Shown: positions 20,018-30,904, counted from the first letter of the whole stretch. The stretch: DNA of 62,580 nucleotides, filler included, from 9 parts of 9 records of this genome joined end to end with filler, not necessarily neighbours in it; one strand, 5' to 3'. A program made the numbers and translations. Notes: generated by a model not told the origin, from the letters alone.

Positions 20018-20331
20018 AAACAAATGAATTCAGTGGAATCCTAAAAGATTTTATTATTCACGCAAAAAACGGAACAAAACAAGATATAAACTTCATTATG
20101 GGTCATTTAACAGGTGAGTCGTCGTTGCCAATTACCCGCTATGTAGATTTTGCTATTAGCCTGGTTACAAATAATGAAGGAATTAAACAGCTTGAATTTT
20201 ACCTTTTTAATGGTTCCCTAATTCAGCGAAATTATTGTTCTCTTTTTTTTAACCGGCGAGGCGACTGGCTAATTGTTAAAGAAGCATTTCAGCAAGGTTT
20301 AATTGACGAAATTCAAGCCTATTCACGGTAA
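20014..20331 (+). CDS. Hypothetical protein
   Basis: 105-aa ORF whose start adjoins/overlaps the hydrolase stop. Confidence 0.6.
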   Translation: MKTNEFSGILKDFIIHAKNGTKQDINFIMGHLTGESSLPITRYVDFAISLVTNNEGIKQLEFYLFNGSLIQRNYCSLFFNRRGDWLIVKEAFQQGLIDEIQAYSR

Positions 20332-20522
20332 TTTTCAAATAAAATATTGAACCGGAGTTTTCAATTCTTCAATAAAATCATTCGTCAATTCGAAAGAAAT
20401 TACTGTCAAAAAATAGTATATTCGCGGCAGTTTCAATTCTTTATTAAATTTTTAAAATTTATATGAACTATGAAATTTATTTTCATGATTTCATATAATT
20501 TTGATTTTTGAAAACCAACTAA

Positions 20523-21344
20523 ATGGAACCTCGACAAATAATTATGAATTACAGTACACAACTAGAAATAGCCATTAATGCCGCAGTGCAGGCGGGCGAA
20601 GAGATTTTAAAAATATATAACGATCCTTCATCCGACTTTTCAATTGAAAAAAAGGCCGATAATTCACCCTTAACCATTGCCGACAAAAAAAGTCATATTG
20701 TAATACAGAATTTTCTGTCAAAAACAAACATTCCGGTTTTAAGCGAAGAAGGCAGAAGTATTGAATTTAATGAACGTAAAAACTGGGATTTGCTTTGGAT
20801 TGTAGACCCACTCGACGGCACCAAAGAATTTATAAAACGAAACGGTGAATTTACCGTTAACATTGCACTTGCTAAAAACGGAAAACCTGTATTAGGTGTA
20901 ATTTATGTTCCGGTAACAAAAACATTATATTTTTCTGAAAATAAATTAGGTGCTTTTATTGCTGAAAATATTGAGGGAGAAATATCCCTGAATTCGTTAC
21001 TGAATAAAAGTGAAAAACTTCCAAAACATAAGAAGCATAAAAATTATTTAGTGGTTGGCAGCCGTTCACATATGAGTAGCGATACAGAAGAATACATTAA
21101 TAAATTAAAACAAAAACATCAGCAAATTGATATTATTTCCAAAGGAAGCTCGTTAAAAATTTGTATGGTTGCCGAGGGGATTGCCGATGAATACCCGCGT
21201 TTTGGACCTACTATGGAATGGGACACTGCAGCGGGGCATGCCATTGCAAATGCGGCGGGCAAAAAACTTTGGCTTACTAACTTTTCTGATGAACTAACAT
21301 ATAACAAAGAGAATCTGTTAAATCCGTATTTTATAGTAAAATAA
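20523..21344 (+). CDS. cysQ: 3'(2'),5'-bisphosphate nucleotidase
   Basis: KADNSPLTIAD, WIVDPLDGTKEF, GSSLKIC, TMEWDTAAG; start may be 20544. Confidence 0.95.
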   Translation: MEPRQIIMNYSTQLEIAINAAVQAGEEILKIYNDPSSDFSIEKKADNSPLTIADKKSHIVIQNFLSKTNIPVLSEEGRSIEFNERKNWDLLWIVDPLDGTKEFIKRNGEFTVNIALAKNGKPVLGVIYVPVTKTLYFSENKLGAFIAENIEGEISLNSLLNKSEKLPKHKKHKNYLVVGSRSHMSSDTEEYINKLKQKHQQIDIISKGSSLKICMVAEGIADEYPRFGPTMEWDTAAGHAIANAAGKKLWLTNFSDELTYNKENLLNPYFIVK

Positions 21345-21353
21345 GAAGGTACA

Positions 21354-21971
21354 ATGATTGAAAATAACATACATCCGGAATTTGATAAAATAAAAGATAG
21401 AAAATCGAAGGAGTTATACCTGAAGCAACGGGCAAAAGTAATTTGGTTTACAGGCTTGTCAGGATCAGGAAAAACAACTTTAGCAAGTGCACTTGAAAAA
21501 AGGCTTTTTGAACTAAATTACTTTTGTCAGATTCTGGATGGCGATAATGTACGATCGGGTATTAATAAAAATCTCAAATTTACAGAAGAAGACAGGAATG
21601 AAAACATCCGTAGAATTGCTGAAGTTTCCAAACTGTTTATGAACTGTGGAATTATACTTATTTGTGCATTTATAAGTCCTACAAATGAAATTCGGGAAAT
21701 GGCCCGTAAGATTATTGGCGACGACGACTATTTGGAAATTTTTGTAAACACCCCACTTGAAGTCTGTGAAAGCCGCGATCCTAAAGGTTTATACAAAAAA
21801 GCCAGAACTGGTGAGATTAAAAATTTTACAGGAATTTCATCTCCATTTGAAGCTCCGGATCGTCCTTTTGTAGAAATAAATAATTCAAATGCAAACATCG
21901 ATGAAACGGTTACCGATTTATTAAAGGCAATTATCCCGGAAATAAAATTCGACCCACTTTTAGAGCTTTAA
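21354..21971 (+). CDS. cysC: Adenylyl-sulfate kinase
   Basis: WFTGLSGSGKTT, LDGDNVR, RDPKGLY, FTGISSPFE. Confidence 0.96.
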   Translation: MIENNIHPEFDKIKDRKSKELYLKQRAKVIWFTGLSGSGKTTLASALEKRLFELNYFCQILDGDNVRSGINKNLKFTEEDRNENIRRIAEVSKLFMNCGIILICAFISPTNEIREMARKIIGDDDYLEIFVNTPLEVCESRDPKGLYKKARTGEIKNFTGISSPFEAPDRPFVEINNSNANIDETVTDLLKAIIPEIKFDPLLEL

Positions 21972-22028
21972 ACTCTATTTACTGATAATAAATCGCTCTT
22001 ATTCATATTATAAAACTCGACCCAGGAA

Positions 22029-24530
22029 TTAACTTTGAACCGTACCTGTAATTGATTCCTGTTTCAATTTTTTTCGACTGCTTTTATTTCCATTATCTCC
22101 GTAACCATAGCCATAACCATAGCCGTAACCGTAGCCGTAACCATAGCCGTATCCGGCACTAAATCCGTAATTTTTCTTGCTTCGTTTAATATTATTAACA
22201 ACAATACCAACACCTTTTAATTGGTGCCTGGAAACTTCACCCAATGCAGTTTTAAGTCCTTGTTTATGGGTATACTTATGACGAACAATAAAAATATTGG
22301 TATCAACAATTTCATTTAATTGAAATAGATCGGCAACAAATCCAATTGGAGGGGTATCAATTACAATAACATCGTATCTTTGTTTTAATTCATTTAAAAG
22401 TTGCAACATTTTATCATCAGTAAGCATTTCAGACGGATTTGGTGGAATTGGTCCGGCAGGAAGTAATTTTAAATAAGGATGTTTGGTTGTAAACGTTATT
22501 TCTTCGAGGCTAGCCTTTCCAATAATATAATTAACAACACCCAGTTCCGATTTCAAACCAAACTCTTCAGCCATTTTTGAATTTCTTAAATCCAAATCGA
22601 GAACAACCGTTTTTTTGCGCATTAAGGCAAACGAAGAGGCAATATTTATTGCATTATACGATTTTCCTTCCATTGGGAATGCAGACGAAACGGCAATTAC
22701 AGGATTATCTTTCCCTTTGGTCATTAAATTTAATTTATTGCGGATTGCACGATAAGGCTCACTGGCTGGCGAATTTGGTTTATCCAACACCAAAGTTCTG
22801 CTTTCAAATTCCCTGTTATTATGAAAAATATGACCTATTATAGGAAAATCGGTAATTGCTTCAATTTCTTCCTGTGTCATAATTTTTGTGTAGAAAAAAT
22901 CGCGAAGAAAAATAATTAAAGCAGGAAATGCCAAACCAAGCAAAAATGCTATGGAATAGATTCTTTTAGTTTGTGGTTTAACAATTGAGCCATTACGTGC
23001 TTCTTCTATAACCTGACTATCGGGGATATTCGATGCTTTCGCAATTTGCGCTTCCGAAAGTTTCTGTAACAGAAAAGTATAAGTTTCATTATTAAGGTTA
23101 TAGGTTCTTTCAATATTAACATAATTACGTTCGGTAGCCGGCAACCTGCGAACCTGCGCTTCAAAACTTCGGATTCGTGTATTTAAATCGGTTAATGCAA
23201 TATCTGATTGTGAAATAATATTTGTTGTATTTTCAAGCAACGAACTTTTTACGCTTTCAATTTGAGCGTTTAACCGGATTATAGTTGGGTGTTCAGAACC
23301 TGGCCGAATAGATGTCTGACTCGATTTTTGAGTAATAAGCTCGTTTAACTGCAATATCAAACTATTTAAGAGCGGGTCGTTAATTCCCATGGCCGAAGGG
23401 GCGATAACAGTTTCCAGGTTCTGGTTGGTTTCGATATAATCTTTTAAATAGTGATAATATTTATTTTGAGTTTCCAACGCTACCTTTTCTTTATCAAGGT
23501 CGTTCATTTGCTGAAGTAACTGCTGCGATTGCATTGAAATATCCAACACCTGGTTTTCGCTTTGAAAACTTTCCATTCGGTTTTCAGAAATATTCAAAGA
23601 ATCGGAAATATTTTCTAATTGAGAATTTATAAACTGAATAGTACGGTTTGCATTTTCATTCTTTTTACCCAGGTTATCTAACTGATAAACTTCGGTTAAC
23701 TTATTTAAAAAATCGCAGCCTTTTTGAATGTTATAATCCCGAACGCTCAACTCCAAAATCGAAGTCTCTTCTATAGGCAAACTTACTGTTAACCGGCTTC
23801 TATATTGGCTAACTAAGGATGCCGGCGTATGAAACCTGAATTTATAATTGTTATTCACTTTGGGGTTAAACCGTTCATTTAAAAGAATGGTAAATGAAAA
23901 TTCATCAGAGTTTAATTTTATTCCAGGTTCTATTTCACGAATAAAAGAAACCTCGGCAATACTTTTTATATATTTTTCATTTAAATAATCAAAAACCGCA
24001 ACATCTTCTTTCTCAACCTGAATAACTAATTTCCCATCAGGTTTAATGGTTAACATAAAATCAGTTTCAACCAGTTGCGAATGTTGTTTATCCCAGATAA
24101 CCTGAAACGGGACTTGATTATATCTTTCGGATACGGCAACTCTTCCAATTCCGAAATAACTAATTTCAAAATCAAGTTCTTCAAGGGTTTTGGTTACTAT
24201 TGGAGTAGAATTCAACAAAACTATCTGATTAAAAATATTTCGCATGCTATTCATTACCCCTAATCCGCCAAAAATATTCCCCGATGGCCCGGAACTACCT
24301 CCCAATAAAGGAGAGCTGGTTTTTTCTTCTTCAACTAATAAGGTTGATTTTATTACGTATTCCGGTGTAGTATATCGATTATAAACATAAGCAGCTCCAA
24401 TGCAGATAAAAACACACAAAAAGAACCAATACCAGTTACGTAGAATCCGGTAAATAATTTTTTTAATATCATTAGAATCATCGCTAACCTGATGATTACC
24501 ATTCAAATTTGGGAATTCGGTTTGGGTCAT
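22029..24530 (-). CDS. wzc: Polysaccharide co-polymerase / BY tyrosine kinase
   Basis: Wzz-type N-terminal TM, EGKS Walker A, LDLDLR, VIDTPP, C-terminal (GY)n tyrosine cluster. Confidence 0.93.
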   Translation of the reverse strand: MTQTEFPNLNGNHQVSDDSNDIKKIIYRILRNWYWFFLCVFICIGAAYVYNRYTTPEYVIKSTLLVEEEKTSSPLLGGSSGPSGNIFGGLGVMNSMRNIFNQIVLLNSTPIVTKTLEELDFEISYFGIGRVAVSERYNQVPFQVIWDKQHSQLVETDFMLTIKPDGKLVIQVEKEDVAVFDYLNEKYIKSIAEVSFIREIEPGIKLNSDEFSFTILLNERFNPKVNNNYKFRFHTPASLVSQYRSRLTVSLPIEETSILELSVRDYNIQKGCDFLNKLTEVYQLDNLGKKNENANRTIQFINSQLENISDSLNISENRMESFQSENQVLDISMQSQQLLQQMNDLDKEKVALETQNKYYHYLKDYIETNQNLETVIAPSAMGINDPLLNSLILQLNELITQKSSQTSIRPGSEHPTIIRLNAQIESVKSSLLENTTNIISQSDIALTDLNTRIRSFEAQVRRLPATERNYVNIERTYNLNNETYTFLLQKLSEAQIAKASNIPDSQVIEEARNGSIVKPQTKRIYSIAFLLGLAFPALIIFLRDFFYTKIMTQEEIEAITDFPIIGHIFHNNREFESRTLVLDKPNSPASEPYRAIRNKLNLMTKGKDNPVIAVSSAFPMEGKSYNAINIASSFALMRKKTVVLDLDLRNSKMAEEFGLKSELGVVNYIIGKASLEEITFTTKHPYLKLLPAGPIPPNPSEMLTDDKMLQLLNELKQRYDVIVIDTPPIGFVADLFQLNEIVDTNIFIVRHKYTHKQGLKTALGEVSRHQLKGVGIVVNNIKRSKKNYGFSAGYGYGYGYGYGYGYGYGYGDNGNKSSRKKLKQESITGTVQS

Positions 24531-25327
24531 TATTTTAATAGATTTAGAGTAAGTAAAACTATCGACAATAAAGAAGCAGCAATTGAAATCGGCGCTGCGT
24601 ACGGCATATTTTTGGCTCCGTAAATTTTTGTACTGTGTTCAACATAAACAATGTCGTGAGGAAGAATATAATAAAATGGAGAATATATTATGTTCGGATC
24701 GGTAAGGTTTAATTCTACTATTTGCTTCCCCTCGGGCAACTCACGAATCACTTTTATGTTTCTGCGGTTCCCGTAGTCTGTAATATCACCGGCGGCGCCA
24801 AGAGCTTCAAAAATAGTTAGTTGGTTTTTTACCATTAATATTTGTCCGGGCACACGAACTTCTCCTAATACCGTAATATTCCGGTTAACCAGTTTAACAA
24901 AAACCGAAGCACTCTCCAGGTAAATATCAACCTTTTCCTGTAAGCGGTCATTTATTTCAGAAATAGTTAATCCTCCTACTTCAATTTTTCCCAAATACGG
25001 GTATTCAATATTCCCATTTTCATCAACCAGGTATGTAATAATTTCCATTCCATTGGAAGAACCTGCACTCCCGGTCATCCCCTGAGTTCCGGTAAGGTTT
25101 AAAAAAGCTGCATTTAACGGATCGTCACTAATTACCTGAATAAACAATTGATCGTTTGGCCTAACCTGGTAAATTTCAGGAAAAGGCCCGTTTTCATGTA
25201 ATATTTCAGTATTTATTCCTTTTAAATAGGTTACTTGTTTTAGTGGCGTACTGCAGGAAAATGTTAGAAATAAAATAACAACAAAAAGGTGAAAAAGATT
25301 TTTTTGGGAAATAGCATTTATAAACAT
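24530..25327 (-). CDS. wza: Polysaccharide export lipoprotein
   Basis: LTFSC lipobox, YLVDENGNIEYPYLG, TVLGEV, LTIFEALGAAGD; start moved to 25327. Confidence 0.9.
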   Translation of the reverse strand: MFINAISQKNLFHLFVVILFLTFSCSTPLKQVTYLKGINTEILHENGPFPEIYQVRPNDQLFIQVISDDPLNAAFLNLTGTQGMTGSAGSSNGMEIITYLVDENGNIEYPYLGKIEVGGLTISEINDRLQEKVDIYLESASVFVKLVNRNITVLGEVRVPGQILMVKNQLTIFEALGAAGDITDYGNRRNIKVIRELPEGKQIVELNLTDPNIIYSPFYYILPHDIVYVEHSTKIYGAKNMPYAAPISIAASLLSIVLLTLNLLK

Positions 25328-25559
25328 GTGTCTGAATTTAGAAGTTAAAAATATAAAATATTTAGTTGAAGTTGATCCTATATTATTTATTATTTTTAAT
25401 AATATTTCAAATAACACCAAATAAAATAACCGATGTTTATATATTTGTATTAAAAAAGGTTAGCCACATTATATAAAAACCAAAACCAAAATATCCTCAA
25501 AATTACATTAATAATACAATTCTAAACTACCCTGTAATCAAACCATACTTAATGAACAA

Positions 25560-26801
25560 ATGCCTGATATTACCCACAAAAATAAAGCAATATTTTTATT
25601 TACACTTTTTGTATTTTTCATAAATATAAAAGCTGTTTTTTCGCAAAACGAGCAAGAAACTTCAGAAGAACTGGTTAAAATGGGTTTTGAAAATGTGAGC
25701 ACCAGAATTTCTTCGGGAAATATATATGCTTCAATAGAAAATAATATTTTCAGATGGGAGCCCCTCGCTATATCAGCTGCACTCGATATAATTTCTAAAA
25801 ACGTGAATGATTCTGTAATTATTCATTTGATAACAATAAAAAAAGGAATACCAACAAATAATATTTCGGTAAACGCATTGAGTTGGAAATCATTTCGAAA
25901 TGGGAACATAAATAAAGATGAAATTTCTGAGAACCTTACTGTAAACCAAAATATAAATGAAGCATGGCAAATTCTAAAAAATTCAGAAAAAACAAATAAA
26001 AACACAGGGAAAACAGACGTTGTTATTTATCCCCACTTTTTATACGAGAATACCCAGCTTCGAAAAATTTATGAAACACAAATTAATATTGCCCCGGCTG
26101 CAGAATTTTCTTTATGGAAGGGAAATAAATTTACCGGACAAGTCATATTTCCAATACATAACGAACTTGGGTATGAGGGTAATTTCATACGCCCAGGGTA
26201 TGTTACTATTTCACAAGACTTTAGACTTAAACATTCCTGGTTTGGGAATATTGCAACAGGTAACTTTAACAACAGCAGATATGGGATTGCGGTAAAAATA
26301 TGGCACCCATTAAAAAATGAAAACTGGCATCTTGAAATTAAAGCCGGATTAACAGGATATTCTCATTTCTTTGATAATAACTGGAGACATGGAGCTCTAA
26401 ATACCATAACCTGGTCTTCTTCACTTTCATGGTATTATTCGCGATACCACCTAATATTTAAAGGCGGAATTTCACAATACATTTATGGTGATAAAGGATT
26501 ATTTGCCTCGTGCACCCGATTATTTGGAGAAACAACTGTAGGTTTTTACGCACAATATAACGAACATAATTTCAACGGAGGCTTTAACGTATCTATACCG
26601 TTCCCATTTAGAAAAAGATGCATACGAAACCGAATACGAATTAACATCCCAAACCATTACAAAATAAACTATAATTCTGGTAATGAGTTGCTTTATGCAC
26701 AAAATTTCACAGCAAACATAGGTATAAACTCAATAAATTATTTTAATTTTACTAAATCGATTAAATACGAAATTATTAACCTTTTAAAATATACTCCATG
26801 A
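25560..26801 (+). CDS. YjbH-domain outer-membrane protein (EPS-associated)
   Basis: Signal peptide, LVKMGFENV, aromatic beta-strand pattern; divergent from wza. Confidence 0.65.
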   Translation: MPDITHKNKAIFLFTLFVFFINIKAVFSQNEQETSEELVKMGFENVSTRISSGNIYASIENNIFRWEPLAISAALDIISKNVNDSVIIHLITIKKGIPTNNISVNALSWKSFRNGNINKDEISENLTVNQNINEAWQILKNSEKTNKNTGKTDVVIYPHFLYENTQLRKIYETQINIAPAAEFSLWKGNKFTGQVIFPIHNELGYEGNFIRPGYVTISQDFRLKHSWFGNIATGNFNNSRYGIAVKIWHPLKNENWHLEIKAGLTGYSHFFDNNWRHGALNTITWSSSLSWYYSRYHLIFKGGISQYIYGDKGLFASCTRLFGETTVGFYAQYNEHNFNGGFNVSIPFPFRKRCIRNRIRINIPNHYKINYNSGNELLYAQNFTANIGINSINYFNFTKSIKYEIINLLKYTP

Positions 26802-27514
26802 AAAAGCATACAAAAATTAGTCTTTTTAAAAAATTCATTTGTTCATTATTTCTGGTTCTCATTATTTTTTCCTGTTCCAAACAAAAGTATGTACAAAACT
26901 TCGACGATATATTTGATATTTCCGGAGTGCAAACCTTAAACCAGCATATAGAAAACATTTCTTCTGCCGATGAACTAACAGCCATTTTTAGAAATTCAAC
27001 CTATCAGGTACCTAAAGAAATTGCTAAAATTGATTTAGATGATTTAATCGATCATTATTCAAAAATGATTCAAATATCGTCGCAGGAAGTTGATATGTTA
27101 CTAAAAAACGATTCTAAAACGTACATCGAAGTTATTAATAGAATAGGTAGCCTACCACCTCAAATTTCAGATTTGAAATTAGAGTTTGATGCTGTTAAAA
27201 AAAGTGAACTGAATAAATACCTTTTAAAACAAAAAGCCGAAACCGATAATTTTTACAGCGACGACTATTATTCAGCTGTTATGGCATTTCAAAAATATAT
27301 AAATGAAGAAATAATTGAACCAGCTGTTAATTTAAAAAGTAGTGTTATTACCATTCCTCCAGGAAATGGAGACGTTGATCCGGATCCTGAGACTGAAATT
27401 GCATTTTATATAATTATTGCTTTAAACAACAACTGGGATATGTGGTGGACCTACTGGACCGATGGAACAAGAACAAAACACAAAGGAGCAGCTGGCTCAT
27501 TCCCCGGAGAATAA
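26798..27514 (+). CDS. Hypothetical lipoprotein
   Basis: IIFSC lipobox; ATGA overlap with upstream gene. Confidence 0.7.
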   Translation: MKKHTKISLFKKFICSLFLVLIIFSCSKQKYVQNFDDIFDISGVQTLNQHIENISSADELTAIFRNSTYQVPKEIAKIDLDDLIDHYSKMIQISSQEVDMLLKNDSKTYIEVINRIGSLPPQISDLKLEFDAVKKSELNKYLLKQKAETDNFYSDDYYSAVMAFQKYINEEIIEPAVNLKSSVITIPPGNGDVDPDPETEIAFYIIIALNNNWDMWWTYWTDGTRTKHKGAAGSFPGE

Positions 27515-27534
27515 TAAATACTTCAAATATGTTC

Positions 27535-27570
27535 AACACCTGACAGAATTAATTGCCAGGTGTTTTTTAT
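27535..27570 (+). terminator. Intrinsic terminator
   Basis: AACACCTG...CAGGTGTT followed by T-tract. Confidence 0.75.
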
Positions 27571-28013
27571 TTTCAAATGNNNNNNNNNNNNNNNNNNNNN
27601 NNNNNNNNNNNNNNNNNNNNNNNTTAATTAATTAANNNNNNNNNNNNNNNNNNNNNNNNNNNNNNNNNNNNNNNNNNNNCCGTATTAACTACAGGGTCTG
27701 GATGGACAGTAGGTACATCAAGTTATGATAAAAATGAAATGCAAGACCTTGCATTCGGCAGTCTTCGGGTCATACTCACAGAATCACGAACAGCCCTCAG
27801 TAAAAAGGTTAAGGATAAAGCAAACACCAATTTTTCATTGTATATCAGGTAATCTAAAACTGGTGGCCTTTACCTTTTCTTCCCGTCTTCCCCAATTAGA
27901 CCAGTACTAGATGGAAATGGAATATGAACTATCTACTTGTAGATAATTGTTTGTCATTGCTAGGTTACCCTCCTACTCTATCTTCTCAAATCGCCCAAAA
28001 AAACGGAAAAACG

Positions 28014-28042
28014 TTGACATGCGAAAGTCATTAGAGTAGGCT
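28014..28042 (+). promoter_or_regulatory. Putative sigma70 promoter of the transferase operon
   Basis: TTGACA-N17-TAGGCT, about 230 nt upstream of ATG 28272. Confidence 0.55.
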
Positions 28043-28271
28043 AAACATTCTAATTAGTGAAATAGACGTTCTGTCTTCTGATAATTCAACGTCTTTTTTC
28101 CAACTCACTTCTTGTAGTAATTCTACTATCAGATTTATGCCCTTCAGCTGTTCCCACAGAGCCAATCGGCACAAAAGAAAAGATATATATCATTTTTTGC
28201 CAACCTGATTCGCACAACTCCGTGTTGAATTCTCGCAATGTATGGTTCGGCTATAATTCTGGAGGATTTCT

Positions 28272-29141
28272 ATGCAAGAAAAAACTCACCATTCTGATCT
28301 TGGAGGAGAACGGGTTCGTACGGCTTTGCTGCTCGCAGCAGGAACTGGCAGTCGTCTCTCTCCACTAACAGATATGACCCCTAAATGTCTCGTCCACGTT
28401 AATGAATTTACAATCCTGGAGAGACTTATCCGCTCACTTCAGGAGTATGATTTTAAACGGCTGGTTATAGTCGTCGGCCATCAGGCTGATTCAGTTCGTG
28501 AATACCTTGGAACCAGGGCGGGAGGGATGGAAATATCCTATATTACTAGTCCTCTCTATAAAACGACTAATAATATCTACTCACTATGGCTTGCTAGAAA
28601 AGTCATAGATGAGCCGTTTATGCTTATTGAAAGTGATCTAGTTTTTGACACCCCAATGCTGGAGGGGATGCTGGTTTCTGATCGCATAGCAGTGGGGAAA
28701 ATACTCCCTTGGATGAACGGTACAACAGTAACTGTAAACAGATCGAATGAGGTTGATGCCTTTCATTGCGGTATCAATAAACTGGACGATAGCCATTTCA
28801 AGACCGTCAACATCTACAGTCTTTCCAGGGCTACCTGGGCCTTAGTTTGTGAAAAACTGGACCACTACATCTCCAATAATTTAGTGAATGGTTATTATGA
28901 AACCGTCTTTGCGGATATGGTGGACGATGGCAGCATTACTTTTTCGCCGGTATACTTTGACTCCAGCCTCTGGTACGAGATTGATACTCTAGCCGATCTG
29001 AGAGCCGCTGAAACCGTTTGTGACCTCTTCGATCAGCAACTACCCTGTGAACTTTTTGTCAGTAGTTCAGCTCTGCCGGCTCATTCCGCAGGTCTTGAAG
29101 GTGCTGTGTCATCAACTTCTTCGCCAAAGGTTGTTCATTAA
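28272..29141 (+). CDS. LicC-like phosphocholine/aminoalcohol-phosphate cytidylyltransferase
   Basis: LLAAGTGSRL..PKCL, TNNIYSLWLA, IESDLVF, WYEIDT; GGAGG RBS. Confidence 0.88.
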   Translation: MQEKTHHSDLGGERVRTALLLAAGTGSRLSPLTDMTPKCLVHVNEFTILERLIRSLQEYDFKRLVIVVGHQADSVREYLGTRAGGMEISYITSPLYKTTNNIYSLWLARKVIDEPFMLIESDLVFDTPMLEGMLVSDRIAVGKILPWMNGTTVTVNRSNEVDAFHCGINKLDDSHFKTVNIYSLSRATWALVCEKLDHYISNNLVNGYYETVFADMVDDGSITFSPVYFDSSLWYEIDTLADLRAAETVCDLFDQQLPCELFVSSSALPAHSAGLEGAVSSTSSPKVVH

Positions 29142-30244
29142 TGATGATGCCCAACAAAAAAACTACCGCTCAAGAACGCTACGATTATATCTCAAGTCAA
29201 CATGGTGGTTATTGGCGTGATGATTTTATAGATCACAACTATCTCTATAACCTCTATTTCCCGCCTGAGGATTTCTTTAGCCATTGCAAAGAAAACCTTC
29301 ATCAACTGATTCTTAATTACCCTGTCGGCCAAAGTGAGCTTGCTCATCTGGCTGGCGAGTTGATTCACCAGCAGCCTGAGCAAATTGTAGTGGGCAATGG
29401 AGCCGCAGAGCTTATCAAGATTATTGCCGGGATGGATCGGAAAATGATTGTTCCGGTCCCGTCGTTTAATGAATATGTCAATGCCGCACGAGCAGGTAGT
29501 GTCATTGAATTTCCGTTGCTGGCACCTTCCTTTCAATTAGATGTTGATGCATTTGGAGAAGAGGCTATTCGTGCTAAAGCGCGTATTGCCGTGGTAGTTT
29601 CACCGAATAACCCGACATCACTGTTGGTGCCCAAGAAAGAGCTGATTCGCCTACTGAAAATCCTGGAAGATCATAACTGCATGCTCATAGTCGATGAATC
29701 ATTTATCGATTTTGCAGAAAATAGCGAGGATGAAAGTCTTGAAAACGATATTGAAGATTATCAAAACCTGGCGATTATAAAAAGTATGAGCAAGGCCTAT
29801 GGTATCTGCGGAATACGGATAGGCTATTTACTGACCGCCAACACGGACTTTCGGGCGCAGGTCAGACAGGGACTCCATATCTGGAACATAAATGGTTTTG
29901 CTGAAGAGTTCCTACGATGCGCTCCCCAATACAGGCAGCAGTTCAAAATAAGCTGTAAGAAGGTACAGGACGATCGCGATGAATTTTACACACTCCTTCA
30001 GCAAATTCCTGGAACCGAGGTCTATAAACCTGATGCGAATTATATTTTTTGTCGTCTGCCGGACGGGGGGCCTTCCGCTCCCGAGGTAACCCAAAGACTG
30101 TTCATCGAGCACGATATATACATAAAACACTGTAAGGGTAAAGTGCTACCAGAGTCGGACCGTTACGTTCGCATTGCCAGTCGGACCCAGAAAGAAAACC
30201 TCGAACTTGTACGTGCATTGCGCGCTGTTCTTGAACTGGTTTAG
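29141..30244 (+). CDS. Class I/II PLP enzyme (CobD/HisC-like)
   Basis: GNGAAELI, PSFNEY, SPNNPT, VDESFIDF, KSMSKAYGICGIRIGY. Confidence 0.88.
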   Translation: MMMPNKKTTAQERYDYISSQHGGYWRDDFIDHNYLYNLYFPPEDFFSHCKENLHQLILNYPVGQSELAHLAGELIHQQPEQIVVGNGAAELIKIIAGMDRKMIVPVPSFNEYVNAARAGSVIEFPLLAPSFQLDVDAFGEEAIRAKARIAVVVSPNNPTSLLVPKKELIRLLKILEDHNCMLIVDESFIDFAENSEDESLENDIEDYQNLAIIKSMSKAYGICGIRIGYLLTANTDFRAQVRQGLHIWNINGFAEEFLRCAPQYRQQFKISCKKVQDDRDEFYTLLQQIPGTEVYKPDANYIFCRLPDGGPSAPEVTQRLFIEHDIYIKHCKGKVLPESDRYVRIASRTQKENLELVRALRAVLELV

Positions 30245-30883
30245 ATGAGCATGAAAACAACGCAAAAAACTATACTGTCTTACGCTGGAGATTTACCAAA
30301 TATTTGTTCATTGGTAGGGCTCTTTTGTACCTTGCTCGCCATATATTTTTCAATCATTGGTCTATTCCATGCTGCCATGATCGGTATGATTTGGGCTGTG
30401 TTTTTTGATTGGAGCGATGGCATTATCGCCAGGAGGATGAAAGGCCGTACTGAAGAACAGGGGGCTTTCGGGGCACAACTCGACTCACTTATTGATATTG
30501 TCAGTTTTGGTGTCTGTCCGGCGGTATTTCTGCTTAGTTATGGTCATTTCAGTGCCTGGTACCTGCCCGGTGCCTTTCTCATACTTGCAACCGGTGTTAT
30601 TCGCCTGAGTTTTTTTAATGTCTTTGGGTTGGTTGATAAATCGACCTATTTGGGCCTTGCCCTAGACAATAATGTTCTCCTGCTGGCTGTCGTCTTCTTG
30701 TTTAGTCCGATGATGAGTCAGGGAGCATTCTCGATTGTACTTTATATTGTACTCATGCTTTTGGCGGTGTTGAATGTTGCGCCGATCAAAACACCCAAAT
30801 TTGCAGGCAAATGGTACTTCGCCCTCACCGGCTATACAGTGCTGATGTCGATACTTTTTTCCTGGCAGTGGTATACCCTCTAA
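30245..30883 (+). CDS. CDP-alcohol phosphatidyltransferase
   Basis: DWSDGIIAR...GAQLDSLID signature; multiple TM helices. Confidence 0.92.
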   Translation: MSMKTTQKTILSYAGDLPNICSLVGLFCTLLAIYFSIIGLFHAAMIGMIWAVFFDWSDGIIARRMKGRTEEQGAFGAQLDSLIDIVSFGVCPAVFLLSYGHFSAWYLPGAFLILATGVIRLSFFNVFGLVDKSTYLGLALDNNVLLLAVVFLFSPMMSQGAFSIVLYIVLMLLAVLNVAPIKTPKFAGKWYFALTGYTVLMSILFSWQWYTL

Positions 30884-30904
30884 CGGTACGTCTAAAGCAA
30901 TTTT

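Noticed and set aside
22098-22154. Hexamer-like tandem repeat
   Set aside because: Encodes the (GY)n tyrosine cluster normal for Bacteroidota Wzc
27725-27910. 61-aa ORF at the contig start
   Set aside because: No convincing RBS or motif; probably non-coding
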